A stretch of 64,000 nt of DNA from an uncultured Bacteroidales bacterium (GTDB taxonomy: Bacteria > Bacteroidota > Bacteroidia > Bacteroidales > Muribaculaceae). The translations under genes were made by a program, and so were the position numbers. Shown in pieces: positions 48,119 through 58,109 of the stretch. The stretch's first letter is position 1; each line of letters starts with the position of its first letter. The stretch lies in NCBI GenBank assembly GCA_947173955.1, contig CAMWHE010000004.1, positions 6,513 through 70,512 on the forward strand. Direction: 5' to 3'. Below the pieces are notes generated by a model, which ran no database searches, was not told the origin of the DNA, and saw nothing but the letters and a program-made list of their open reading frames with translations.

Positions 48119-49188
48119 AATAAGTTACCGATATTAGTATCCGACTCCGTATTCAATACGTTGACTTTTTCACGATCGTGAAGAGAATTGACTCCGGCTC
48201 TGACTACTTGCTCAGAGCCATCGAGGCCGCCTGTGATGAAAGCTTCGCCTGCCACGGTTTCCCGGACCTCCACGTTACGACGGCTTATCGTCGAGTCTGC
48301 TTCAAGAACCCATACACAACTGTGCCCGTCATGATTGAACACCGAGCGCAAGGGAACTTTGCAGGCAGCCTCTCCGCCTACTGCATCTGACGATACGGCA
48401 ACAGTGACCGTCATACCAGGAGTAAGCGATCCTCGCTCTCCATCCGGCACACGAAGCCGCATAAGATACAGCTGATTATTATCTGCCTTGGGCGTGATAC
48501 TCATCAGTTGCAATGGCTTTTCAACACTATTTTTATCTAGTGACGAGAATGATTTAAACTGATCACGGCGCGCATATTCCCTGACAGGAAGATCCACTAT
48601 GACTTCGAGCGAGCCGTCGTCCATGATTTCCATTACGGGAGTTCCGGCATCGACGATTTCCCCCTTTTCAAAATTGACTTTGGTAACATAGCCCGATACC
48701 GGAGCGAAGAGCTTTGTATATTCAAACTTTTTCTTGCTGCGCTGCAACTCAAGTGATAGTTGCTCAAATCCGGCGGATGCAGCTTCCCATTCACTCTTTG
48801 AGATATTGTCATGCTCATACAGATACTTGACCCTCTCTATTTCCGAAGCTGTCTGGTCATATTTTACCTGCAGCTGCTGAAGAGCCAGAGAATATTCCTC
48901 GTCGTCCAGTTGAGCCAGTAACTGGCCGGCCTGAACCCGATCCCCCTCCTTAACCATGATTTTAGCGATCTCGCCCGGAGTCTTGAAAGCCACACTGACC
49001 GATCTGCACTCTTCGACGATGCCGACGAACTGACGCACACCTTGGCCTCCTATAGTCTCGACCGGAGTTACAAAAACATTATGAACTGGTATTGCCGGAT
49101 TGTCAGCAATTTTATTGTGATTGCCGCAGCTGCATAATGCGGCGAGCAGCGACAGGGACAGACCCGCGTTAAGACGTGAGATATACAT
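48115..49188 (-). CDS. RND efflux periplasmic adaptor (membrane fusion protein)
   Basis: Has a lipoprotein-type signal (LLAALCSC), a biotinyl-lipoyl-like hairpin (VKEGDRVQAGQLLAQLD), and a coiled coil. Confidence 0.85.
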   Translation of the reverse strand: MYISRLNAGLSLSLLAALCSCGNHNKIADNPAIPVHNVFVTPVETIGGQGVRQFVGIVEECRSVSVAFKTPGEIAKIMVKEGDRVQAGQLLAQLDDEEYSLALQQLQVKYDQTASEIERVKYLYEHDNISKSEWEAASAGFEQLSLELQRSKKKFEYTKLFAPVSGYVTKVNFEKGEIVDAGTPVMEIMDDGSLEVIVDLPVREYARRDQFKSFSSLDKNSVEKPLQLMSITPKADNNQLYLMRLRVPDGERGSLTPGMTVTVAVSSDAVGGEAACKVPLRSVFNHDGHSCVWVLEADSTISRRNVEVRETVAGEAFITGGLDGSEQVVRAGVNSLHDREKVNVLNTESDTNIGNLL

Positions 49189-49310
49189 TAATATATATTA
49201 GAGACGAACAGGAGAAATATTCGTAGTTTCAAAATTAAGCCACAAAATTATCACTTATATCTGAAAAATAGAAGTTTTCACATATAAATCTATGGCACGA
49301 CATGAAATAT

Positions 49311-49350
49311 ACTGAAAAAGAAAGTGCCCTGACTCTCTCAGGACACTTTC
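49311..49350 (-). terminator. Terminator of dcp
   Basis: Hairpin at 49320-49350 (GAAAGTG..CCTGA / TCAGG..CACTTTC), followed on the minus strand by TTTTTCAGT. Confidence 0.65.
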
Positions 49351-49361
49351 TAAGGATGAGA

Positions 49362-51449
49362 TTATTTCTTTATTCCATCGCGCTCAAGCAACGCGTCAAT
49401 AGTAGCATCATGACCACGGAAACGTCGATACAGCTCGGCCGGATTCTCCGTACCTCCGCGACTAAGGATGTTGTAGCGGAAACTGCGGGCTGTATCCTGA
49501 TTGAATATTCCGTCCTCTTTGAATTTCGCGAAGGCATCAGCGTCAAGCACTTCAGCCCACTTATAGCTGTAGTAGCCGGCTGCATATCCTCCGGAGAAGA
49601 TATGCGAGAACTGAGGTGACATGAGCGTTCCTTCCACAGGTGCGAATACCTGTACAGGCTCCATCACGGTCGCTTCAAAAGCTACTGCATCCTCTACGGG
49701 GGCAGTGGTCGTATGCCATGCCATGTCAGTATATCCGAAGCCGAGCTGACGCATGCACTGGTAGGCAGCTCCATGCTGCGCCGAGGCAATGATCTTGTCT
49801 ACATATTCCTGCGGTATAGGTTCGCCGGTAATGTAATGTTTAGCCCATCCGTCGAGGAATTCTTTCTCTGTCAGGTAGTTTTCATTAAACTGCGAGGGAA
49901 GTTCCACGAAGTCGCGATAGACGGCCGTACCGGAAAGCGATTCGTATTTGCAATGGGTCAGCAGTCCGTGGAGCGAATGTCCGAATTCATGCAGGAATGT
50001 CTCAACCTCATAGGGAGTAAGCAGCGAAGGCTTGTCGGCTGTCGGCTTCGTGAAATTCATGACGATAGAAACCAGCGGACGAACGTCATTGCCATCAGCG
50101 TCAATTTTCTGATCACGGAATGATGTCATCCACGCGCCCGGGCGCTTTGATGCCCGCGGGAAGAAATCGGTATATAGCACGCCAAGATAGGCTCCGTCGG
50201 CATCATTGACCTGATAAGCCTTGACATCGGGATGATAGCCTTCGATATCCGGACGGAGTGTAAATGTAACACCGTAAAGCTTGGTTGCGAGCCCGAACAC
50301 GCCGTCAATCACATTATTGAGCTCAAAATAGGGACGGAGAGCCTCTTCATCATAGGCATACTTGGCATTTTTAAGCTTCGTATTATAATATGAGTAATCC
50401 CAGGGATTGATGGTCACGGGGCGGCCTTCAAGCTCGGAGGCGAACTGAGTCAGTTCGGCCATCTCGGCTTCAAGAGCCGGGCGGTAGGCATCGCGGAGCT
50501 GATCGAGGAGCTTATAGACATTGGCGGGATTACCGGCCATCGTACGCTTAAGAGACTGATCGGCATAAGTGGCTGATCCAAGCAGGTTGGCTATCTGGCG
50601 ACGAACCTCAGCTATGCGGGTCATCACCTCGATATTATTGTACTCACCTTTCATATTACGTCCGGAATACAGGCGATACATTTTTTCGCGAAGATCAGGC
50701 CGGTCACTGTACTTCATAAAGGAAATATAAGTGGGGGCGGCGAGAGTAAACAGATACTCGCCCTCACGACCCTTTGCAGTGGCTTCGGCAGCAGCCTCGG
50801 CGATAAGGTCGGCAGGAAGACCGGTAAGATCATCGGCCGTAAGCCATATTTCATAGGTATTGAGCTCCTTGAGCACATTCTGACCGAAGCGTGTGGTCAG
50901 CTGCGAAAGTTCCTGCTGAAGCTCCTTAAACTTTTCGCGGGCGTCACCTTTCAGATCGGCTCCGGAAAGGGCGAACGACTCATAGGTCTTGGTGAGAAGC
51001 ATCTCGTCTTCTGCATCAAGATTGAACATATCACGATTTTCATACACCTGCTTGATACGATTCCATAGCGGCTCGTTGAGAATGATGTCGGTAGAGTAGT
51101 CGGCAAGCTTGGGAGATACGCGCATCGACAACTCCATCATCTCGTCGCTGCCATTGGCAGATACCAGATTGAAGAAGATGTTGACGGCACGATTCAGGTC
51201 GGCACCGGCCCGGTCAAGTGCTACGATTGTATTCTCAAAGTCAGGCATAGAACGCTGAACAGTGATAGCGTTTATCTCCTGTCTGGCTTCCTCAATACCA
51301 CGGTCGATAGCTTCTTCATAGTCGGCTACTGTAAATTCGTGAAACGGAGGTGTGTCCAATGGAGTATTAAAAGGCGTTAGCAATGGATTCTGAGCGGTTG
51401 TCATAAGAGCTGCAAATGCTGTAAAAAGTGTTAGAACTGATTTTTTCAT
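49362..51449 (-). CDS. dcp: M3 family peptidyl-dipeptidase
   Basis: Has the HEFGH zinc motif and M3 length and architecture, with a signal peptide. Confidence 0.88.
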   Translation of the reverse strand: MKKSVLTLFTAFAALMTTAQNPLLTPFNTPLDTPPFHEFTVADYEEAIDRGIEEARQEINAITVQRSMPDFENTIVALDRAGADLNRAVNIFFNLVSANGSDEMMELSMRVSPKLADYSTDIILNEPLWNRIKQVYENRDMFNLDAEDEMLLTKTYESFALSGADLKGDAREKFKELQQELSQLTTRFGQNVLKELNTYEIWLTADDLTGLPADLIAEAAAEATAKGREGEYLFTLAAPTYISFMKYSDRPDLREKMYRLYSGRNMKGEYNNIEVMTRIAEVRRQIANLLGSATYADQSLKRTMAGNPANVYKLLDQLRDAYRPALEAEMAELTQFASELEGRPVTINPWDYSYYNTKLKNAKYAYDEEALRPYFELNNVIDGVFGLATKLYGVTFTLRPDIEGYHPDVKAYQVNDADGAYLGVLYTDFFPRASKRPGAWMTSFRDQKIDADGNDVRPLVSIVMNFTKPTADKPSLLTPYEVETFLHEFGHSLHGLLTHCKYESLSGTAVYRDFVELPSQFNENYLTEKEFLDGWAKHYITGEPIPQEYVDKIIASAQHGAAYQCMRQLGFGYTDMAWHTTTAPVEDAVAFEATVMEPVQVFAPVEGTLMSPQFSHIFSGGYAAGYYSYKWAEVLDADAFAKFKEDGIFNQDTARSFRYNILSRGGTENPAELYRRFRGHDATIDALLERDGIKK

Positions 51450-51771
51450 GAGATGGATTGGTTTGAGACCGTAAAGTTACAAAAAAATATATCACCTATA
51501 ATAATAAGGACAGGCTGATATGCGTTATAAGAATGTAATTCATCACAAAATATCATAAACTATCCTGCCTATGGATAAAACTTCTACTCCCCAACTCTTA
51601 CCATCCGTTACTTTGTCCGACAATAAAAAAATGCGTCCGTCAGCGCTTACACTTGCGATAATACGTCAGTTTGCGCGCAACTATCATGTTGAACAGCGGC
51701 TCAATCGGACAATTAACAGCATCGTCCTCAACTAATTGTCACATACCGCTTCATAACGTGTGCGAAAAAAA

Positions 51772-51803
51772 TTTGCATACGAGCGGTAAAATATGTATCT
51801 TTG
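51772..51803 (+). promoter_or_regulatory. Bacteroides-type promoter of the rpsF operon (-33 TTTG, -7 TATCTTTG)
   Basis: TTTG at 51772-51775 and TATCTTTG at 51796-51803, with a 20-nt spacer. It lies about 37 nt upstream of the rpsF ATG. Confidence 0.55.
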
Positions 51804-51839
51804 TGGCCGATTTAACAAATAACCAATTTACTAACAACA

Positions 51840-52208
51840 ATGAATCACTACGAAACCGTTTTCATTTTAACTCCCGTTTTGTCTGATGCTCAGATGAAGG
51901 AAGCGGTAGAAAAGTTCACAAAAGTGCTGACAGATGCCGGCGCAACTATCGTGAACGAAGAACAGTGGGGTCTTCGTAAGCTCGCCTATCCCATCCAGAA
52001 AAAGTCAACCGGCTTTTACACACTGGTAGAATTCGATGGCGACCCGACCCTTGTAAAGAAACTCGAAACCGCATTCCGTCGCGACGAGCGCGTACTTCGC
52101 TTCCTCGTTTTCCGCAACGACAAGTTTGCCGCTGAATATGCAGCTAAACGCCGCAGCCTCAAGGCATCCAAAACTAACGCACCTAAAGAAGAAGTAAAGG
52201 AGGACTAA
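51840..52208 (+). CDS. rpsF: 30S ribosomal protein S6
   Basis: Starts [12 protein letters not shown] and contains [10 protein letters not shown]. Confidence 0.95.
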   Translation: MNHYETVFILTPVLSDAQMKEAVEKFTKVLTDAGATIVNEEQWGLRKLAYPIQKKSTGFYTLVEFDGDPTLVKKLETAFRRDERVLRFLVFRNDKFAAEYAAKRRSLKASKTNAPKEEVKED

Positions 52209-52211
52209 GAC

Positions 52212-52481
52212 ATGGCACAGGCACAATCAGAAATACGTTACCTCACTCCGCTGTCAGTTGACGTTAAAAAGAAAAAATATTGCCGTTTCAAACGTAGCGG
52301 CATCAAATATATCGACTACAAGGATCCCGAATTCCTCAAGAAATTCCTCAACGAGCAGGGTAAGATTCTTCCCCGCCGTATCACCGGAACTTCTCTGAAA
52401 TTCCAGCGTCGCGTGGCTCAGGCTGTTAAGCGTGCCCGTCACCTCGCTCTTCTCCCCTATGTAACCGACTTGATGAAATAA
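52212..52481 (+). CDS. rpsR: 30S ribosomal protein S18
   Basis: Contains IDYKD...[15 protein letters not shown] and [13 protein letters not shown]. Confidence 0.95.
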   Translation: MAQAQSEIRYLTPLSVDVKKKKYCRFKRSGIKYIDYKDPEFLKKFLNEQGKILPRRITGTSLKFQRRVAQAVKRARHLALLPYVTDLMK

Positions 52482-52504
52482 ACCCGAAATCCAAGGAATA
52501 AGTT

Positions 52505-52948
52505 ATGAAGATTATACTTAAAGAAGACGTTCATGGCCTTGGATACAAGGACGACGTTGTCGAAGTGAAGAATGGCTACGGCCGCAACTTCCTGATTCCC
52601 ACAGGCAAAGCAGTTATTGCTTCTGAGTCTGCACTCAAAGTTCTTGCTGAGAACCAGCGCCAGCGCGCTCACAAGCTCGCTCAACTCAAAGCTGAGGCTG
52701 AAGCTCTCGCAGCTTCTTTAGCCGATGTAGCTCTTACTATCGGTGCTAAAGCAAGCTCTACCGGCACAATCTTTGGCTCTGTCAACAACATTCAGATTGC
52801 CGAAGCCCTCGAAAAAGCAGGTCACAAAGTTGACCGCAAGGTCATCGTACTCAAGCAGCCCGTCAAGGAGCTCGGCCAGTACGTTGCTACACTGAAGCTC
52901 CACAAGGATGTTTCTGTAGAAATACCTTTCGAGGTTGTTGCTGAATAA
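52505..52948 (+). CDS. rplI: 50S ribosomal protein L9
   Basis: Starts MKIILKEDV..LGYKDDVVEVKNGYGRNFLIP. Confidence 0.95.
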   Translation: MKIILKEDVHGLGYKDDVVEVKNGYGRNFLIPTGKAVIASESALKVLAENQRQRAHKLAQLKAEAEALAASLADVALTIGAKASSTGTIFGSVNNIQIAEALEKAGHKVDRKVIVLKQPVKELGQYVATLKLHKDVSVEIPFEVVAE

Positions 52949-53002
52949 CTAGCCCCTTTTTCATCCCTAAATCCACCTTTAGGGATATCCAAATCCCCTC
53001 CA

Positions 53003-53038
53003 GAGTTGCTGTGCGTGAGCATAGCAACTCATTTTTTT
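53003..53038 (+). terminator. Terminator of the rpsF-rpsR-rplI operon
   Basis: Stem GAGTTGCT / AGCAACTC, followed by ATTTTTTT. Confidence 0.7.
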
Positions 53039-53119
53039 GTTGCTATGTAATACAAAAGCGCCTTGAACCGGCAGCCCGGCCAAGGCGTAAACATTGAGCA
53101 TGATCAGAAATCCGGAGGA

Positions 53120-53590
53120 TCAGAAACTTATCAGCGGTATATTGGTATAGTTGCTGACTTCGTCGGGCGTGATTGACCCTTGCAGAAGCACTACCGTCAG
53201 TTCATCCGATTCATTAATTATAATCAGATATTCATTAAGCCCGGAAGGATCGCTGTTGAGATAGAGATTAATTCGCTCTTCATCATCGGTCATCGACAGC
53301 AGCTCTTCATAGCCGGAATTGTTTTTCAAATATTTCTTGACACAAGTCTCGATCCCAGCTACCTGAGAGGGATCCGTTACATTGACAATCTCTACCTGAT
53401 TCAATTTGCCAGCCAACGAGGCAAAATCAAACTGAGAGGATTGCATCTTGGAGAGAAATCCCATCATCTGCTTGGTTATCGTAATAGCCGTCACGCCATC
53501 CACCGCCGAACACATCTTTGCAAGTCCGACAGCCCCGGCTGAGAATGCGGAAATCAATGTCAATACGATTATTAGCGAAATCTTTTTCAT
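53120..53590 (-). CDS. DUF4252-like secreted protein (ECF sigma module partner)
   Basis: Has a signal peptide and is small. Its position downstream of an ECF sigma and a single-TM protein is typical of Bacteroidales modules. Confidence 0.6.
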   Translation of the reverse strand: MKKISLIIVLTLISAFSAGAVGLAKMCSAVDGVTAITITKQMMGFLSKMQSSQFDFASLAGKLNQVEIVNVTDPSQVAGIETCVKKYLKNNSGYEELLSMTDDEERINLYLNSDPSGLNEYLIIINESDELTVVLLQGSITPDEVSNYTNIPLISF

Positions 53591-53602
53591 AGAGGCAAGA
53601 AT

Positions 53603-54082
53603 TTATCGTGTGGATTCCGATTCACCCATCTGAAGGGTACGTGCAAGGAGCTGTACGGCAGCAAGTGTCTGCTTCTCAACCTGCTCAGGCGAAAGATCAG
53701 ATCCGGTCAGATGTGAGTAATATTGATTTGATTCATGTGGCGCTGAAATCCGTGGCGTCTCATAATGCAACGCCGTGACTACCGTCCCGATACCGAAACC
53801 TACCACAGCAACCGCAGCCACCATTTTTACCCACCGGCGCAATGGCGACAGCCTTGGTCGGGCTGCCTCACGATCGATCATGCTGATGAGAGACTGCTCG
53901 ATGTCATCAGGGAATGCAGCTTCATCAAGCGACAGAAACAACTCCCGATCCGGCTCCAGCTCTGCAGGGACATCAGGCGTATCAGCGAAAAATGCAGATA
54001 TTTCTCGCTCCTGTCTGGGAGATGTCTCGCCACGGTAGTAAGCTTCAAGGAGCTGTTTAATATGTGATATATCGTTATTCAT
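53603..54082 (-). CDS. Putative anti-sigma factor-like single-pass membrane protein
   Basis: Has a 4-nt overlap with the sigma gene and one TM segment (VKMVAAVAVVGFGIGTVVTAL). Confidence 0.5.
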   Translation of the reverse strand: MNNDISHIKQLLEAYYRGETSPRQEREISAFFADTPDVPAELEPDRELFLSLDEAAFPDDIEQSLISMIDREAARPRLSPLRRWVKMVAAVAVVGFGIGTVVTALHYETPRISAPHESNQYYSHLTGSDLSPEQVEKQTLAAVQLLARTLQMGESESTR

Positions 54083-54573
54083 AACTTACAGTTTTCAAAA
54101 TGTTTTCTTAGTGCGGTACGTGCTCGAGAGAGAATCGTGCGGGCGTTGGATGATGAGATCTTAAGCACATCCTCTATCTCGCTCATCTCGCATCCCTGAA
54201 GATCGCGCATCATCAGAGCTTCGCGCTGAGTCGGTGGCAAGGTCTCGATAAATTTGACGAGATAGGACATACGGTCACGCGATTCTATTGCTGCCGACAG
54301 GTCTTCTCCGGAGGTCTGAAGAGCCTGATCCAAATCCACCGACTGCTTCCGCGAACGCAACTGAGACACACAATGATTGCGCATTGACATTGAGAGAAAA
54401 CCAGACAGACTGTCATTGATTTCTATCGTGTCACGCTTCTCCCATAGCCGCATATACAGATCCTGTACGGCATCCTGTGCCTCGTCGCGGTCGCCGAGTA
54501 TCCGCAAGGCCAGCAGATACAGTCGGCGATGATGCGGTATTAATACTTGTTTGAATGTTGATGCGTCAAGCAT
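54079..54573 (-). CDS. ECF (sigma-70 family) RNA polymerase sigma factor
   Basis: Region 2 reads DAVQDLYMRLW. Region 4 reads the HTH CEMSEIEDVLKISSSNARTILSRAR. Confidence 0.85.
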   Translation of the reverse strand: MLDASTFKQVLIPHHRRLYLLALRILGDRDEAQDAVQDLYMRLWEKRDTIEINDSLSGFLSMSMRNHCVSQLRSRKQSVDLDQALQTSGEDLSAAIESRDRMSYLVKFIETLPPTQREALMMRDLQGCEMSEIEDVLKISSSNARTILSRARTALRKHFENCKL

Positions 54574-54650
54574 TATTAAGTTTGTTTACTATTATAATGA
54601 CGCAACTGACATCGACAATGTTACAACCGACACTCCATTTTTTCAATTTT

Positions 54651-55781
54651 CTATATCTTTTTCAAGTCTTCCACCAGCAGGCGGGCAGCCGTCGGAGCAG
54701 CCGGAGATGCACCGAGAGCTGACTTCATACGTTTATAGCCCTTCAGCATCTCTTCGCGTCCTGATCCTCCCGGCAAAATCTTGCAAAGCTCGGCGTCGAC
54801 TGTATCGACCGTACACAAGTGCATGAGCATCTCCGGAACGATAGACTCGCCGGCAATCAGATTGGGGAGCGAGACATAAGGAATCTTGAGCAGTTTCTTA
54901 TACATATTATATACAAGCCGCGAGCCTCCATGCCTGAAACACACCACCTGAGGGGTCTCAAGCAGGGCAGCCTCAAGAGTTGCGGTTCCGCTTGTTACGA
55001 GCGCCGCATCTGCTACTCCGACAAGTTCAAAAGTAGCGCCATGTACTACCGGGAGATCTGTAATCTGCGAATACATCTGATCCGATATATTGGGAGCGCC
55101 GGCTATGACTGCCTGGAAATCCTTATGACGTGCCGCAACTTCCGACATTATAGCCAGATTGTTTTTAATCTCGCTGACACGGCTTCCCGGCACAAGAGCC
55201 AGAATAGGTTTTTCTGGATCAAGACCATGCTGACAGGCAAATTCCGCACGGGTTGGGAGTGTCTTGCGTTTCATTTCGACCTCCTCTGCCGACGGATTAC
55301 CGACATAGTCTACCTGATAATCGTGACGCTTACGATAGAACTCAACCTCAAACGGCAGAATAGAATACATCTTTCTGACCCATTTTTTGATTTTCTTTAC
55401 ACGCCCCTCTTTCCAGGCCCAGACTTTGGGTGAAATATAATAATATACCGGAATTCCAAGCTTGTGGGCATGCGCGGCCAGACGAAGATTAAATGACGGA
55501 TAATCGACTAATATTACAGCGTCGGGACGAGTCTCATCTATCGCCTTAATGGCTGTCGACAGGTTGTGGCGAACCGCACCAAGATGCTTTACCACATCTA
55601 CAAACCCCATAAATGCCATATCCTTATAGTGAATGAGCGGTTTATGTCCGGTCGCCTCAGCCATCATCTCACCTCCAAGAAACGAAAATTCAGCTGCCGG
55701 ATCTTCATGCTTTATGGCCGTAAGGAGATGCGAGGCATGCAGATCGCCTGACGCTTCACCTGCACATACGAAATACTTCAT
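54651..55781 (-). CDS. lpxB: Lipid-A-disaccharide synthase
   Basis: The N-terminus is MKYFVCAGEASGDLHASHL, and length and overall similarity fit LpxB. Confidence 0.9.
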   Translation of the reverse strand: MKYFVCAGEASGDLHASHLLTAIKHEDPAAEFSFLGGEMMAEATGHKPLIHYKDMAFMGFVDVVKHLGAVRHNLSTAIKAIDETRPDAVILVDYPSFNLRLAAHAHKLGIPVYYYISPKVWAWKEGRVKKIKKWVRKMYSILPFEVEFYRKRHDYQVDYVGNPSAEEVEMKRKTLPTRAEFACQHGLDPEKPILALVPGSRVSEIKNNLAIMSEVAARHKDFQAVIAGAPNISDQMYSQITDLPVVHGATFELVGVADAALVTSGTATLEAALLETPQVVCFRHGGSRLVYNMYKKLLKIPYVSLPNLIAGESIVPEMLMHLCTVDTVDAELCKILPGGSGREEMLKGYKRMKSALGASPAAPTAARLLVEDLKKI

Positions 55782-58027
55782 TTCACTTCTACGATTTTAA
55801 CAGCATCGATCAGAGCATGATTGGTCGACAGATTCATGTTTTCATTCTCCGGTTCAAAGGAGATCGTCAGCAGATGCGGACCTTTATCAAGATTGATCCT
55901 ATGCGAGGTGGAATATCCCCAGTCATTCCAGTTGCCGACACCGCGCTGAGGCATAACCACAGCTCCGACGCGTTGTCCGTCGACACTGAGAGTACGGATG
56001 GCAGCCTTGTTCTCAGTATTGACCGAGCCATTGCCATTTGCATAGCGGAGACTGACAATATATTCACCATCATGATCTACAGTAACAGGTACATTTATGC
56101 TGCCGGTCTTATGATCGGTCTCTATAAAGCCGTCACCGGTAAAACCCTCGATAACGCCGTCGGCAGGATAGGCCACTTCCGCAGAAGCCATGACTGTTGT
56201 TTCGTCAGGCATATCGGTCATTGTGTATTTACGGTTTGACAGAGGCTCTGAGGCAAATGATTCCGTACCGTCCTCATCCACAGCAATCAGCTGATACTCT
56301 CCCGGCTGAGATGCGTCGAAGGATGTGGTACGGGTCGTTGCCACCCGTTCCCCGTCGACAAGGACTACATAATGGTCTACATATTCTATCGGATTCCACT
56401 CAAATATCGAACCGCTCAGACGGGTAACGGGAGTCAGCGGCGCCTTCTTATTGGCGACGCGATTCACCTTCATCTCAGGCAGATCATTGTCAGCCATGAC
56501 AATATCAATTTTGAGATGGCCTTTAGCATTAGCCGGTATAAACGGCGTTGCTTCCTTTCCATTAATTTTAAATGACTTGATCTTATTGCCGTAACCCGAT
56601 ATCGAAATATCAAGGACTGCATCACGATACCTGAATCCTGTGAGCGAGCGGCTGGCTGCCAGAGCTTTCGGTACAAACGGATGGAAAGCCAGACCGTCTT
56701 TTTCAAAATCAATACCGAAAAGGATCTTATGAGTAAGCGCTATATTGCCGGCAAGACACCATAGCATATTGCTTGAATTGAGCTGAGTGGCAATATCGCC
56801 GTTATCGAGTACGAAATTCTCTTTATTCGTGCAGAAAAGCGCCGCCGGACGCACTACCGAGCCAATTGCTTCCATCACTCCCTGTTCATTGCCGACTTTC
56901 GCATTGGCAAGCGCCCACCATGATGCTACCCATGGCCACAGAGCATTGTTATGATACGGGGGCATATCAGCTATCTGCGGATAAAAGATTGCCACACCGA
57001 AAGGTGTTGTCGGGTTATTCTCAGTAATGGTTTTAGCTCGCTCCGGGGAAGCTATATTCCACAGGATAGCCAGCGATTCTCCGAGCGTCTCGGCTCGCGG
57101 ATTCAGTATCTTATGGTCGCGGCCATAGCGATACATCGCGTAATAGCCTTTATCATCCATCCAGAGATATTTATTGATTGCATCGGCTATGGACTGGGCT
57201 CGTTCCGCATAGGTCTTCGCCTCTTGTTTATGACCAAGCTCTTCAGCTATTTCTGCAAGTACCTGCAACGCTTTCACATGTACAATAGATGTATTGAGCG
57301 TTTCGCTGGCAGCGATATCGGCCGTCTGCATCCAGCGCGGATGGCTCTGCTCACGCCAGTCGATAAACGAAGTCTCCCCTTTGACCAGACCGGTCGTCTC
57401 ATCAATAGCGACAAGTGCATCATCGTCGAGCGAGCGCTTGATTACCGGGTAGATGTATTCGAGCCACTGACGGTCGCCGGTAGCCTTATATACTTCGTAA
57501 GCGGCAACAGCCCATATTTCGCGGTCAGTCGATATCGGCCATGCCCCGCCACTGCCCGTATCCTGTATGATACGTCCTTCCGAATCAACCTTCTTCATCA
57601 GTGAAATGCGTGAGGCCTCAGGCTGCATATACGCCATGGAAAGCAATATCGAATAGCTGACATCACGGGTCCAAACGCCCCCCCATGCCTTACCGGTACG
57701 CAGAGTCGTGTCCGGCTCCACAGCATTGACCATCTCATCAAGACCAAGATTATATATAGCCTGATGCATCACATTCGGGGTTAATAAAGCCGGATATTCA
57801 GAAATATCATTCTGAAGAGTCCATTCCGGCTCGATCCCCATATAATAACCGGGCTGAGCACGATATGTAGAAACAATATGACCGGGAGAAACGGCTATCG
57901 CCTCATATTCGCCCTGTGTGACGGTATCGCCATGCCATGTGTAAGTGTCTGTCTTCACAATCACTTGCGCGGCTACGCCTGCCGGCACCGCGAGTGCCAG
58001 ACCGATAATCATTACCTGATATTTCAT
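55778..58027 (-). CDS. Secreted (alpha/alpha)6-barrel glycoside-hydrolase-like protein with a C-terminal CBM6/CBM35-like module
   Basis: Has a signal peptide and a central six-hairpin-glycosidase-like region (WGGVWTRDVSY, GGAWPISTDREIWAVAAYEVY). The C-terminus reads like a CBM6/35 (GDGFIE...YANGNG...GNWNDW). The GH family is not assigned. Confidence 0.65.
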   Translation of the reverse strand: MKYQVMIIGLALAVPAGVAAQVIVKTDTYTWHGDTVTQGEYEAIAVSPGHIVSTYRAQPGYYMGIEPEWTLQNDISEYPALLTPNVMHQAIYNLGLDEMVNAVEPDTTLRTGKAWGGVWTRDVSYSILLSMAYMQPEASRISLMKKVDSEGRIIQDTGSGGAWPISTDREIWAVAAYEVYKATGDRQWLEYIYPVIKRSLDDDALVAIDETTGLVKGETSFIDWREQSHPRWMQTADIAASETLNTSIVHVKALQVLAEIAEELGHKQEAKTYAERAQSIADAINKYLWMDDKGYYAMYRYGRDHKILNPRAETLGESLAILWNIASPERAKTITENNPTTPFGVAIFYPQIADMPPYHNNALWPWVASWWALANAKVGNEQGVMEAIGSVVRPAALFCTNKENFVLDNGDIATQLNSSNMLWCLAGNIALTHKILFGIDFEKDGLAFHPFVPKALAASRSLTGFRYRDAVLDISISGYGNKIKSFKINGKEATPFIPANAKGHLKIDIVMADNDLPEMKVNRVANKKAPLTPVTRLSGSIFEWNPIEYVDHYVVLVDGERVATTRTTSFDASQPGEYQLIAVDEDGTESFASEPLSNRKYTMTDMPDETTVMASAEVAYPADGVIEGFTGDGFIETDHKTGSINVPVTVDHDGEYIVSLRYANGNGSVNTENKAAIRTLSVDGQRVGAVVMPQRGVGNWNDWGYSTSHRINLDKGPHLLTISFEPENENMNLSTNHALIDAVKIVEVK

Positions 58028-58109
58028 ATTATTGTCGGATTTTTATATCTTTGTATCTTCAAAGTTACTGTAAATCACAATAAGTCAATAATCACAGCAC
58101 AATTAAAAT

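Noticed and set aside
51450-51839. Unusually long (~390 bp) ORF-free region upstream of rpsF as a possible leader or ncRNA
   Set aside because: Only a standard promoter is evident (TTTG-20-TATCTTTG), about 37 nt from the ATG. The remaining AT-rich sequence shows no convincing stems or conserved motifs that I can see.
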